A stretch of 38,886 nucleotides of DNA from a virus (IMGVR_UViG_3300045988_156257:1-38886), one strand, 5' to 3'; shown: positions 14,065 through 22,694, counted from the stretch's first letter. Notes: generated by a model not told the origin, from the letters alone. A program made the numbers and translations.

Positions 14065-14550
14065 ATGGGACTGTTTCCGCAAATTGATAAACAAGCAACA
14101 ATTGACAAAGTGCGTCATTTCTTTTGGGACGATGACCGATTTGAAGGGATCTGTTTGAGAGCGGGCAACTATGGCTTGCGATCGCCGCAATTAGATATTA
14201 CTGGGATCAGAGGCAGCTCAGCCTTTAACTCGACTGATGATCGGCTGGCCGACATTGCCGACTGCTTACATGCGATTTGCGCCGTTCACGAGGCCATTCA
14301 AAGTTGTCGGTATTCGTCCAGGATCATTTTGAAAGAACGTTTTTTACCGGGTTTTAGAGATCGTATGTACGTTAAAGAACTGGCGCCGAAGCTAGAACGA
14401 TACAGTGATGATGGCTATAAGGCACTAGAGGAGCGGGCCTGCCTTGATTTCGCGGATATCATTGAGCCAAAGTGTGCAGTATACCGTGTTGATCGTCAAT
14501 TAATTCCTGATTTTCACGTCTACTTCAAATCGGGGATGAATCGGGAATGA
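14065..14550 (+). CDS. ArpU-family late transcriptional regulator
   Basis: The ATG at 14065 has GAGGAG 8 nt upstream. The N-terminus MGLFPQIDKQATIDKVRHFF is typical of the ArpU family. Its position immediately before the packaging genes supports the call. Confidence 0.75.
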   Translation: MGLFPQIDKQATIDKVRHFFWDDDRFEGICLRAGNYGLRSPQLDITGIRGSSAFNSTDDRLADIADCLHAICAVHEAIQSCRYSSRIILKERFLPGFRDRMYVKELAPKLERYSDDGYKALEERACLDFADIIEPKCAVYRVDRQLIPDFHVYFKSGMNRE

Positions 14551-14714
14551 ATCGGGAATCGAACGGAGACCACACGGGGATAAAATGGCATATACTGGTA
14601 TTGTCAAAAAGAATGAGTAAGTCCCCGTTGGATTGGCACTTACTCTGGGTTCAACTCCACAGGCCTTGATTGTCCGCAATGACGTTAAACTACATATCAT
14701 TTTATTTTTACCTC

Positions 14715-14740
14715 AGCCTGGTTATTATAACCGGGCTTTT
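14715..14740 (+). terminator. Intrinsic terminator immediately upstream of the DUF4145-like gene
   Basis: AGCCTGGTTA-TTA-TAACCGGGCT 10-bp stem (one G-U pair) followed by TTTT. Confidence 0.65.
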
Positions 14741-14767
14741 GTATTATATGGGTGAGGTGAAAATAAA

Positions 14768-15343
14768 ATGGTAAAAATTGATTGTGAGGATTGGAGAAAC
14801 ACAGAACGTCTGTACCCCTATAGATATAAATGTGGATATTGTGGACAAACAGTTGGGGCAAATTATGGATATACGGTAAACCATGATGATTATGCAATTT
14901 ACTTGTGCCCGTATTGTGGGAGGCCATCTTTTATGGAGAACGGTATGATGACACCTGGATCTGCTTATGGGCAACCAATAACTAACTTGCCTGATACAGT
15001 ACAGAGTTTATATGATGAAGCACGTAATTCATATCAAGCTGGGGCATTTACGGGCGTTATTCTTATATGCCGTAAAGTTTTAGCGAATGTTGCAGTTTAC
15101 TATGGTGCTAAAGATGGTCAACAATTTGTTAAGTATGTTGATTATCTTGTTGAGAACGGTTATGTTCCAGAGAAAAGCCGAGAATGGATTGATGAGATTA
15201 GAACGGAAGGTAACAGTGCTACTCATAATCAAACGGCTAAAAATAAGAACGATGCACAACGAATTTTAGACTTTGTTCAAATGTTGCTACTAATTAATTT
15301 TAAATTTAATAGTGATTACAATAATTCAGAAAATAGTAATTAA
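14768..15343 (+). CDS. Zn-ribbon + DUF4145-like (HEPN-related) protein; candidate defence/moron gene
   Basis: GAGGTG SD 8 nt upstream. There is a four-Cys zinc ribbon (CGYCG ... CPYCG). The C-terminal helical domain (LPDTVQSLYDEARNSYQAGAFTGVILICRKVLANV...VDYLVENGYV...IDEIRTEGNSATH...AQRILDFVQMLL) fits my recollection of DUF4145. The gene is AT-rich and terminator-bracketed. Confidence 0.65.
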   Translation: MVKIDCEDWRNTERLYPYRYKCGYCGQTVGANYGYTVNHDDYAIYLCPYCGRPSFMENGMMTPGSAYGQPITNLPDTVQSLYDEARNSYQAGAFTGVILICRKVLANVAVYYGAKDGQQFVKYVDYLVENGYVPEKSREWIDEIRTEGNSATHNQTAKNKNDAQRILDFVQMLLLINFKFNSDYNNSENSN

Positions 15344-15355
15344 ATACAAAAACTA

Positions 15356-15384
15356 AGTCAGCTTAACGGCTGGCTTTTTATTTT
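15356..15384 (+). terminator. Intrinsic terminator after the DUF4145-like gene
   Basis: AGTCAGC-TTAACG-GCTGGCT stem (7 bp, one G-U pair) followed by TTTTTATTTT. Confidence 0.7.
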
Positions 15385-15403
15385 GGAAAGGGAGATGACA
15401 AAC

Positions 15404-15910
15404 ATGGCAAAGGTACACCAATGCGGTGAGATCAGATGTCATAGGATCATCCCTTTTGATCAACGATACTGTGACGTGCATGCCAAACTGCATGTGCATG
15501 ATGCCTATCATAACGTGTCGCACAAGCAACGGCTCGAGTCGTACAAGACATACAACCGTGAGCATCGTGACCAAGTAGCCAATACTTTTTATCACAGCAA
15601 GGAATGGCAGCACGTGCGTGACTACGTAACCAGTCGCGACATGTATACGTCGGGAGTGTCAGGCATCACACTGACTGATCATGATCTGATCGTGGACCAC
15701 GTGGTACCAAGACGCTTGTGCAAGGATCCGTTGGGCACCGACAACTTGTGGTGCCTGAGCAGACGTGAGCACCTTGCCAAGACAAAAATGGAAAAATATA
15801 TCGCTGACAAACCAAATGGTGATAATGTGCTGAAGCATCTAAATCGCCATAAATGGGCCGTATACATCGATCGACAGCTTGCAAGGGAAAAACATCGAGG
15901 CAGTCGCTAA
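15404..15910 (+). CDS. HNH endonuclease (packaging-associated)
   Basis: The ATG at 15404 has GGGAG 9 nt upstream. The HNH core is LIVDHVVPRRL...NLWCLSRREHLAKT. It is adjacent to a P27-type small terminase, as in HK97-like cos phages. Confidence 0.85.
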   Translation: MAKVHQCGEIRCHRIIPFDQRYCDVHAKLHVHDAYHNVSHKQRLESYKTYNREHRDQVANTFYHSKEWQHVRDYVTSRDMYTSGVSGITLTDHDLIVDHVVPRRLCKDPLGTDNLWCLSRREHLAKTKMEKYIADKPNGDNVLKHLNRHKWAVYIDRQLAREKHRGSR

Positions 15911-16041
15911 AACGTTCATACCCCCCCACAGGTACTCAGAAGAGAGCAATGTGCACATTAGCCTTCCGTTGCGGCAACGACAGTTATAAAAGTTCTCATT
16001 ATGGGGGCTGGCTGGATTACAAAAAGTAAGGAGATGACGCA
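15911..16041. other. Candidate cos / terminase recognition region
   Basis: This is the intergenic region between the HNH and terS genes. It contains a C7 tract (15921-15927), the 10-bp palindrome ATGTGCACAT (15949-15958), the 13-bp palindrome CGTTGCGGCAACG (15967-15979), and a complementary GGGGG at ~16003. Confidence 0.35.
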
Positions 16042-16569
16042 ATGCCACGCAAAATGAAGGTAACCAGAAGCCCAGACAACAAAGCCTATCAAAATCGGCG
16101 CACCGAGATGGTCGAAAAGGCGACTGAAGACCTGCAACCGTTGCAGACGTCACCACCAAACTACATGAAGGGCACGATTGCGGGCCGAGCCTGGCAGAGA
16201 ATCACGCCGATTCTGCGTCAAAGCACAATTATCAAGAATGCCGACCGCTCAACTGTGGAGGCTCTCTGCTCAGCAATCGCGCTGTATCGGCTTGGCTTTG
16301 ATGACGTGCAGGAAAACGGCATCCAAACGCCAATCTATAAGAGTGTGCAGAACAATCGCGGTGAGATTATCGACCGTGATTTTATCGGCTTTAAGAAAAA
16401 TCCGGCTGTATCTACGATGGATGCAGCGATTAGGCAGATACGCTCGCTATCGTCTGAGCTTGGGCTAACACCGACCAGTCGAGCATCCCTGCTCTCTCTC
16501 TCTGCTGACAGCGACGATGATGACGAGCCAAGCCTGGCAGACGTTTTGTCGGGTGGTGATGGCTGGTGA
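16042..16569 (+). CDS. Terminase small subunit (P27 family)
   Basis: AAGGAG SD. GRAWQRITPIL, STVEALCSAIALYR and SELGLTPTSRASL are typical of P27-family small terminases. Confidence 0.85.
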   Translation: MPRKMKVTRSPDNKAYQNRRTEMVEKATEDLQPLQTSPPNYMKGTIAGRAWQRITPILRQSTIIKNADRSTVEALCSAIALYRLGFDDVQENGIQTPIYKSVQNNRGEIIDRDFIGFKKNPAVSTMDAAIRQIRSLSSELGLTPTSRASLLSLSADSDDDDEPSLADVLSGGDGW

Positions 16570-18470
16570 TGCGCAAGTGGGATTTAACCAAAAAAGGCCA
16601 GACGGTCGAAAAAGCCTATGAAACCGAGAAAAATGCTGGCAGTTACAATGAGATCTTTAAAAAGTATCGCGATCCGGCGACCAGATATGCATTTGCCGTG
16701 CTTGAAGGCCGGCAGTTAGCCGGTAAAAAGATCAAGCTTGACGCTTTTCGGCATCTGCAGGACCTAAGACGGCAGACGGAAGACCCCGATTTTAACTATC
16801 ACTATGATTTGGACAAATGTCGGGCAATCATCAACTACTCAAAGTTGGTCCCTGACGTTAACGCCGGTAAGCCCTTGCCATTGATGATGTGGGAGCAAAA
16901 AATTCTGTGTTCAGTCATTGGCTGGCGTGATGATAATGATAAGCTCCGCTACATGCGGGCGATTTTTTCCGTTGCCCGTACCAACGGTAAGACCTATCTG
17001 GCTACGATTTTGATGTCGTTCTACTTCCTGGTGGAATCAAAGGGCCAGATGAACCATGACTATCTGTATACGGCACCGGTTACCAGTCAATCGCAAAAAG
17101 GGTTCCAATATATGCAGTCGTTTTTTACCAAGCTTTCGACTTTGCCGGCTTTTAAAAAGCTGTTTAAACAGCAAGAAATTGTTGTCCTGCATGATGTGAT
17201 CCTGTCGCGGAAGCTGCATAACCGACTGCTTCGGATGTCTTACAAGTCCGGCCAGTTTGACTCGCTCCACTGCCAGTTTGCGGTGGGCGATGAAGTCGGG
17301 GATGACCATCATATTGGCTCGATCATCGAGGGTAACGGCAAGATCACGTCTGGGCAAGGCCAAGAGCCTAATCACTGTTTTTTACAGGTTTCGACGGCCT
17401 ATCCAGACAGCAACTCGCAGTTTTACAAGGACCAACAGATGATGGAAGAAGTCATGGAGCGCGACTATGACCGCTCTTTGGACGACAACCTGTGCATGGT
17501 CTGGGAACAGGACAGCCTTGATGAAACAAATGACCCAGAGACATGGGTCAAGTCCAATCCAATTTTGGATTTGAGCCCCGAAAAGCATGATCAGTTGATG
17601 AAATCGCTGCTCTCTGAGCGTGATACCAAGATGGCGAACGGCTCTCTGCCAGAATTTCAGAACAAGTCGCTCAACATGTGGCTGCAGGTTAAGCAGAACA
17701 CGTATCTGGACCTTGATGATATCAATCGGGCAGCGGTTGATGACGCTCCGATCGACATTGACGGCCGCGAATGCTATGTGGGCTTTGACAAGTCCAATTT
17801 CAGCGATGATACGTCAATCGCCTTCGTATTCCCGTATCTGGACAACGATAAACCGCGCTACTACGTCAAACAGCATAGCTGGGTACCGCTTGCGCGGGCT
17901 CAGAACAACATCGTTTTGAAGGAAAAACAGGACGGTATCAACTATCGTGATGCCGAAAAGCGCGGTTTCTGCGATATTGCTAAAAACGACTACGGTTATA
18001 TCGATGATGGTGCGGTTTTTGAGTGGCTGATGGCCTATGTGGAAGCTCACAAGCTCAAAGTTAAATATTTCTGCTACGACAAGTGGGGCCTGTCCAAGAT
18101 GATCGGATGGATTGAGCAAAAAACCAACTGGAACACGATGCCGGTTAAAAACGTCATCCAAAATCTTAACGAACCGACCGTTGATCTGCGCAAGCAGTTC
18201 GACACGGGTACGGTCAGATACGACCACGACCCAATTATTACGTATTCGCTAAAAAATGCCGTGCTGTATGGCAACAACAACGGCGTAAAGATTGATAAGG
18301 AAAAGGCGACGACCAAGATTGACTTTGTCGATGCGCTGATTGACGCATGGTATACGGCAATGTTTCATTTTGACGATATCAGCCTGGAGAAATTCGATGC
18401 CAAAAACCCGTTCTCGGGGATGTCAAACGATGATATCAACGACTACTTTACCAATGATTTCTCATTCTGA
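16566..18470 (+). CDS. Terminase large subunit
   Basis: 634 aa. The start overlaps the terS stop (GTGATG; the ATG at 16569 is also possible). Walker-A-like ARTNGKT. Size and position are typical of the Terminase_1 family. Confidence 0.88.
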   Translation: MMRKWDLTKKGQTVEKAYETEKNAGSYNEIFKKYRDPATRYAFAVLEGRQLAGKKIKLDAFRHLQDLRRQTEDPDFNYHYDLDKCRAIINYSKLVPDVNAGKPLPLMMWEQKILCSVIGWRDDNDKLRYMRAIFSVARTNGKTYLATILMSFYFLVESKGQMNHDYLYTAPVTSQSQKGFQYMQSFFTKLSTLPAFKKLFKQQEIVVLHDVILSRKLHNRLLRMSYKSGQFDSLHCQFAVGDEVGDDHHIGSIIEGNGKITSGQGQEPNHCFLQVSTAYPDSNSQFYKDQQMMEEVMERDYDRSLDDNLCMVWEQDSLDETNDPETWVKSNPILDLSPEKHDQLMKSLLSERDTKMANGSLPEFQNKSLNMWLQVKQNTYLDLDDINRAAVDDAPIDIDGRECYVGFDKSNFSDDTSIAFVFPYLDNDKPRYYVKQHSWVPLARAQNNIVLKEKQDGINYRDAEKRGFCDIAKNDYGYIDDGAVFEWLMAYVEAHKLKVKYFCYDKWGLSKMIGWIEQKTNWNTMPVKNVIQNLNEPTVDLRKQFDTGTVRYDHDPIITYSLKNAVLYGNNNGVKIDKEKATTKIDFVDALIDAWYTAMFHFDDISLEKFDAKNPFSGMSNDDINDYFTNDFSF

Positions 18471-18484
18471 AAGGAGGAAACCGC

Positions 18485-18667
18485 ATGATTAAGACCATTT
18501 TTAAGCTGATTCTGGCAGTTGCGCTCGTAGTGCTGTGGGTTGCAGCACTCTTTGCCTTCGTTAAGTTTGGCTTTGCCGTCAACGTGGCAGTAGGTTGGCT
18601 GACGTTGTCAGTCGCACTCTATCTGGGGTCATACGTGATCTCAGCACTGATTGGCGGTGATGATTAA
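18485..18667 (+). CDS. Small membrane protein
   Basis: 60 aa with two hydrophobic helices. AAGGAGG SD. It lies between terL and the portal gene. Confidence 0.6.
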   Translation: MIKTIFKLILAVALVVLWVAALFAFVKFGFAVNVAVGWLTLSVALYLGSYVISALIGGDD

Positions 18668-19887
18668 TGTTTAATCCATTTAAAGCGGTGATCAAACGTT
18701 CGAGGATGCTTAGCTCAAACGGGTGGTCACCTTTTTTCTCGGCATCAAACGGACAGGTCGTGTCAGTCGGGCCAGTTAATGCGAGCGCGGCACTCAACAA
18801 CTCTGACGTTTTCGCGGTGGTTTATCGTCTGAGCTCAGACGTAGCAGCGTGCCAGTTTGAGGCACCAATGGTCGACTACATGCTTAATCATCCAATGGGC
18901 ACACTCATCAACGGCTACAACGTGTGGCAGTCGGTGGTTGCTCAGATGGCTCTCAACGGCAATGCCTACATGCTGATACACCGCGAAGGGACGGATGGTG
19001 TGGTAACTCGGCTTGAGCCGATTCCAGAAGAGCGCGTGACCGTTACGCTTAATGATGACGGCTCAGACGTCTTCTACACAGTCCATTTTGACGATTCCAA
19101 CCGCTCTGGCGACTATCAGGTGCCATCGGCGAACATGTTGCACTTTCGGCTGTTCGTCAACGGCCAGAGTGAGTCGCAGTATATGGGTGTCAGTCCACTG
19201 ATGAGCCTGGCCAAAGAGATTGACGTACAGGACCAATCCAATCGATTGGCTTTGAGCACGCTTAAGCATGCTCTGGCACCGACTAACATCCTGTCAATCC
19301 CACAAGGGACGCTTAATGACAAAGCTAAGGACAATATTCGTGACGAGTTTGAAAAGGCCAATTCCGGTGAAAACGCCGGCCGAGCAATCGTGCTTGATCA
19401 AGGCTTGTCACTGAGCCAATTGACGGTTAGCCCCGATATCGCTAAGCTGCTTGCCAATACTAACTTCAGCCAGGCGCAGATTGCTAAAGCTTTTTGTGTC
19501 CCGGCTGACTACCTATCAGGTAAGCAGGACGAGCAGTCAAGCATTGAACAGGTCCGCAGTCTGTATCAAAACTCGATGACGCTCTATATCAGGCCAATCG
19601 AGGACGAACTTACGAGCAAACTTGGCGTACCGGTGCACTTGGACGTCTCAACAGCGGTCGATATCGACCACCAGCAGTTGATCAGCAACATCGTCAGTCT
19701 AACCAACAGCAAGAATCCTGTCTTGTCGGGTGACGATGCACGCCAGATCCTGGTTGATCGTGGCGTACTGCCAAAACAGACGTACCAGACGGCTACGCCA
19801 GGAAATCAAGATCTAGGAGGTGATACGAGTGCCAACGACAACGGACGTACGAACGCTGACAACGGACCTGACGACACGGAGCAGTGA
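18667..19887 (+). CDS. Portal protein (HK97-type)
   Basis: 406 aa, directly after terL. The sequence pattern (NGNAYMLIHRE..., GVSPLMS, FCVPADYL) fits the Phage_portal family. Confidence 0.85.
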   Translation: MFNPFKAVIKRSRMLSSNGWSPFFSASNGQVVSVGPVNASAALNNSDVFAVVYRLSSDVAACQFEAPMVDYMLNHPMGTLINGYNVWQSVVAQMALNGNAYMLIHREGTDGVVTRLEPIPEERVTVTLNDDGSDVFYTVHFDDSNRSGDYQVPSANMLHFRLFVNGQSESQYMGVSPLMSLAKEIDVQDQSNRLALSTLKHALAPTNILSIPQGTLNDKAKDNIRDEFEKANSGENAGRAIVLDQGLSLSQLTVSPDIAKLLANTNFSQAQIAKAFCVPADYLSGKQDEQSSIEQVRSLYQNSMTLYIRPIEDELTSKLGVPVHLDVSTAVDIDHQQLISNIVSLTNSKNPVLSGDDARQILVDRGVLPKQTYQTATPGNQDLGGDTSANDNGRTNADNGPDDTEQ

Positions 19888-21598
19888 TGATGATGGCATG
19901 ACCGTTGAGGGTTATGCCATGTTGTATGATCAGCCGTCAGTCCCAATGCCGTTCGTCGAGTATATCGATCGCGGTGCACTGGACAACGTTGATCTGTCAA
20001 AGGTCCTGCTGCTGTACGGTCATGACCTTAACAGCGTCTTGGCCCGTTCTGATGCGGAAAATCTGCAGTTACGGGCCGACGATAAGGGATTATGGTTTCG
20101 GGCTACACTCCCTGATACGACACTGGGTCGTGACACGTATACCAACGTGGCTACTGGCAATCTCAAGGGATGTTCGGTCGGCTTTAAGATTGGCGATGAC
20201 AAATGGCTGCAGGGCAACGACGGCAATGTTATCCATCATATCCGGTCGTTCGACCAGCTGATTGAGATCTCAATCACGCCGATTCCGGCCTACACCGAAA
20301 CCAGTGTGGACGTACAGCGTTCCTTAGAAGCATTTATGAAGGGAGAGAATGAAGTGGAAATTGACTACGACAAGTTGGCTGATGCGGTAGCTGACAAGCT
20401 TGAACAACGATCTGCCGAACAAACAGACGTTGAAATTACTGATGAAGCCGACAAGCAAGATGCGGAAACAACGGAAGAACCCATTGAAGAACCGCAAGAA
20501 GATGAAGAAGAACAATCTGCTGATGATTCTGCTGATTCTGATGACAAGCCTGCAGAAAAGCACGCAGAAAAGCCTGCAAAAAAGGTTGAAAAGCCTGCAG
20601 AAAAGGTTGAAAAGCGGTCTGAACCGCATGCAGAAATCGTAACTACGGAAAACGAAGAACTGAAAGAAGGTACTGAAATGCGTGAATTACACGGTGCAAA
20701 CGAGTCTACAAAGGACCAATTCGCACACTTTCTGAAGACGGGAGAAATTACCCGTGACAACACGTCTGGCGGGATCGGCCTGACCAATGGCCAAGTACTG
20801 ATTCCACAAGACATCCTGCCGGCTGAACACGAACAGCACCAATTCCCACGTCTGGGCAATCTGGTACGGCAAATCGCAGTTAAGCACACGACCGGTAAGC
20901 TGCCTGTCTTCCAGCCAGGCTCTGGCAAGCTGGCTCTGCACACAGAACTGCAATCCACTGCTAACAGCACGTCGCCTGAAATCAAGGAAATCCTGTGGAA
21001 TCTTAAGACATACACGGGACGCTACGTATTTACGCGTGAATTGATGGACGACTCCGACTACAACTGGGAAGCTGAACTGCAATCCCGACTGGTCGAACTG
21101 CGCGACAACACGGAAGACGATCTGATCGTAACTCAACTGACCAACGGCATTACGGCTGTTAAGCCAACCAACCTGATTGACGATTTGAAGCTGATTCTGG
21201 ACTCCAAGCTGAAGCCATATGACAGCAACGCATCATCGATTGTGCTGAGTCAATCCGCCTTCGCTCAACTGGATCAAATGAAGGATTCCGAAGGGCGTCC
21301 GCTGGTACAGCCTAACGTAACGTTGGGTACTGGCAATGCTATTTTGGGCAAGACGGTTACGGTCGTAGACGACACGCTGTTCCCTAGTGCAAAGCAAGGC
21401 GATGTCAACATCGTGGTTGCACCACTGCAAAAGGCGGTTATCAAGTTCAAGTCCAATGAAATCACCGGCCAATTTGTCGACACCAACGACATCTGGTACG
21501 AGGCTCTGGGTATCTACATGCGTGAAGACGTTGTTCAAGCCAACAAGGACGTCATCAACTGGGTATCAAGCACGACTACTTCTACTCCTGGCAAGTAA
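19829..21598 (+). CDS. Prohead protease (S78/HK97 type) fused in frame to HK97-fold major capsid protein
   Basis: The GTG at 19829 has AGGAGG 8 nt upstream. The N-terminal ~170 aa (VEGYAMLYDQPS..., LLYGHD, GCSVGF, EISITPIPAY) fit a prohead protease. An acidic/Lys-Pro repeat linker follows. The C-terminal ~300 aa (LTNGQVLIPQDI..., TGKLPV, capsid-like end) fit an HK97 MCP. There is no stop codon between the domains. Confidence 0.8.
   Translation: MPTTTDVRTLTTDLTTRSSDDDGMTVEGYAMLYDQPSVPMPFVEYIDRGALDNVDLSKVLLLYGHDLNSVLARSDAENLQLRADDKGLWFRATLPDTTLGRDTYTNVATGNLKGCSVGFKIGDDKWLQGNDGNVIHHIRSFDQLIEISITPIPAYTETSVDVQRSLEAFMKGENEVEIDYDKLADAVADKLEQRSAEQTDVEITDEADKQDAETTEEPIEEPQEDEEEQSADDSADSDDKPAEKHAEKPAKKVEKPAEKVEKRSEPHAEIVTTENEELKEGTEMRELHGANESTKDQFAHFLKTGEITRDNTSGGIGLTNGQVLIPQDILPAEHEQHQFPRLGNLVRQIAVKHTTGKLPVFQPGSGKLALHTELQSTANSTSPEIKEILWNLKTYTGRYVFTRELMDDSDYNWEAELQSRLVELRDNTEDDLIVTQLTNGITAVKPTNLIDDLKLILDSKLKPYDSNASSIVLSQSAFAQLDQMKDSEGRPLVQPNVTLGTGNAILGKTVTVVDDTLFPSAKQGDVNIVVAPLQKAVIKFKSNEITGQFVDTNDIWYEALGIYMREDVVQANKDVINWVSSTTTSTPGK
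20549..20614 (+). repeat. Tandem DNA repeats encoding the PAEK/VEK linker
   Basis: CCTGCAGAAAAG-type 12-mers are followed by the 21-mer CCTGCA(A/G)AAAAGGTTGAAAAG twice in tandem (20573-20614, one mismatch). Confidence 0.8.
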
Positions 21599-21618
21599 GA
21601 GTGTGGAGGTGATCAGCA

Positions 21619-21921
21619 ATGATTGATACGCAGTCGATGCTTGATGAGCTCTGCTTGGACGCAACCGATGAGACAACGCAATTGATCACCGACCTGTTAA
21701 GCCAGTCCGAAAACATTATCCGTGACTCGGTTGACAAAACTAAGCCAATTGCCAGCTATGAGCAGGATCCAATTTTTATTAGGGCTACTAAAACGCTGTG
21801 CACTCAGCTGTACTATGACCGTACGTTGACTGGCGGGATGTCACTGGGCTTGCAAATGATGATCAATCACTTAAAAGGCGAGGTGGGAGCAGATGGCTAC
21901 AAACCGAACAGCACCGTATAG
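21619..21921 (+). CDS. Head-tail connector (gp6-like)
   Basis: 100 aa, GGAGGTG SD. Position and pattern (LITDLLSQSENIIRD...TQLYYDR) fit the gp6-like connector family. Confidence 0.7.
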   Translation: MIDTQSMLDELCLDATDETTQLITDLLSQSENIIRDSVDKTKPIASYEQDPIFIRATKTLCTQLYYDRTLTGGMSLGLQMMINHLKGEVGADGYKPNSTV

Positions 21922-22261
21922 CTATCAGCCGTATCAGATGCGGTATACCGCAGAGTTTGGCAGTTTTGACATGGCAGAAAACGGCATGGGCATCCCGATG
22001 CCAACTTTTGTCAGCCAGTTTAAGCTGCACTATGCCCGTGTCAGTCAAACGATCAGTCAAAAGTATGAGGCGCTCGGCACGGACTTTGAAAACACCCAAA
22101 TCCTAGCCGTGCGACATGACAAGCGGATGACTGACAAGCTGGCTGTGCGGATTGATGGCAAGGTATACAGCATCGTGGATTTGTCAGCGCGTGATGATAC
22201 CTATCTGTCATACGATCTGATCACCATCAAGCGCTATAAAGCGGGTGGTCAAGATGGCTGA
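21893..22261 (+). CDS. Head closure / head-tail adaptor protein
   Basis: 122 aa, overlapping the upstream gene. GAGGTGG SD. It occupies the conserved position in an HK97-like morphogenesis module. Confidence 0.65.
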   Translation: MATNRTAPYSYQPYQMRYTAEFGSFDMAENGMGIPMPTFVSQFKLHYARVSQTISQKYEALGTDFENTQILAVRHDKRMTDKLAVRIDGKVYSIVDLSARDDTYLSYDLITIKRYKAGGQDG

Positions 22262-22694
22262 CGACATTGAGATGGACCAGTTCCTTGAGCAGTGGCTCGA
22301 ACAGGTTAAGTCGATCTCGGTTGATCTGACGCCTAAGGAGCAGGCCGAAATCACTGAAGCTGGTGCAAAGATGATGGCTGAACGGCTGACTGAAGTTACC
22401 AATGCCAAACACCGCTCCCACCACAACGACAAGACGTATGGCCACGCCGCCGACCATATCTCGTATATGGCTAAAGACGTGGACGGCGAGGTCAACGGTG
22501 CATCTACAGTTGGCTGGGACAACCACTACCACGCTATGAATATGATGCGCTTGAATGACGGCTATAAGGGGTATTCTGGCGACCATTTTGTTACTAACCT
22601 ACAGCAGGACAAGGCAACCGGTGAGGCCGTCTTAAAAGCTGAAAGCGACAAGTACCAGGAACTGATCAATGATAAGAAAGGGGATGACGACTGA
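22254..22694 (+). CDS. HK97 gp10-like tail component
   Basis: Start at MADDIEMDQF. Position and size are typical of gp10-family neck proteins. Confidence 0.6.
   Translation: MADDIEMDQFLEQWLEQVKSISVDLTPKEQAEITEAGAKMMAERLTEVTNAKHRSHHNDKTYGHAADHISYMAKDVDGEVNGASTVGWDNHYHAMNMMRLNDGYKGYSGDHFVTNLQQDKATGEAVLKAESDKYQELINDKKGDDD

Noticed and set aside
14536-14557. 11-bp tandem repeat as a possible CRISPR-like or toxI-like array
   Set aside because: There are only two perfect units plus a degenerate third. The repeats are far too short and too few, with no spacers, and they overlap the stop codon of the ArpU-like gene.
14640-14670. GGGTTCAACTCC resembling a tRNA T-arm
   Set aside because: The flanking bases cannot form a 5-bp T-stem (only 2 pairs). 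No acceptor or D-arm can be drawn, so it is not a tRNA or tmRNA.
20020-21538. Antisense and out-of-frame ORFs (up to 216 aa) across the protease-capsid gene
   Set aside because: Their Cys/Ser/Arg-rich composition is that of reverse-frame noise. They have no SDs. The sense frame has strong protease and HK97-capsid signatures.
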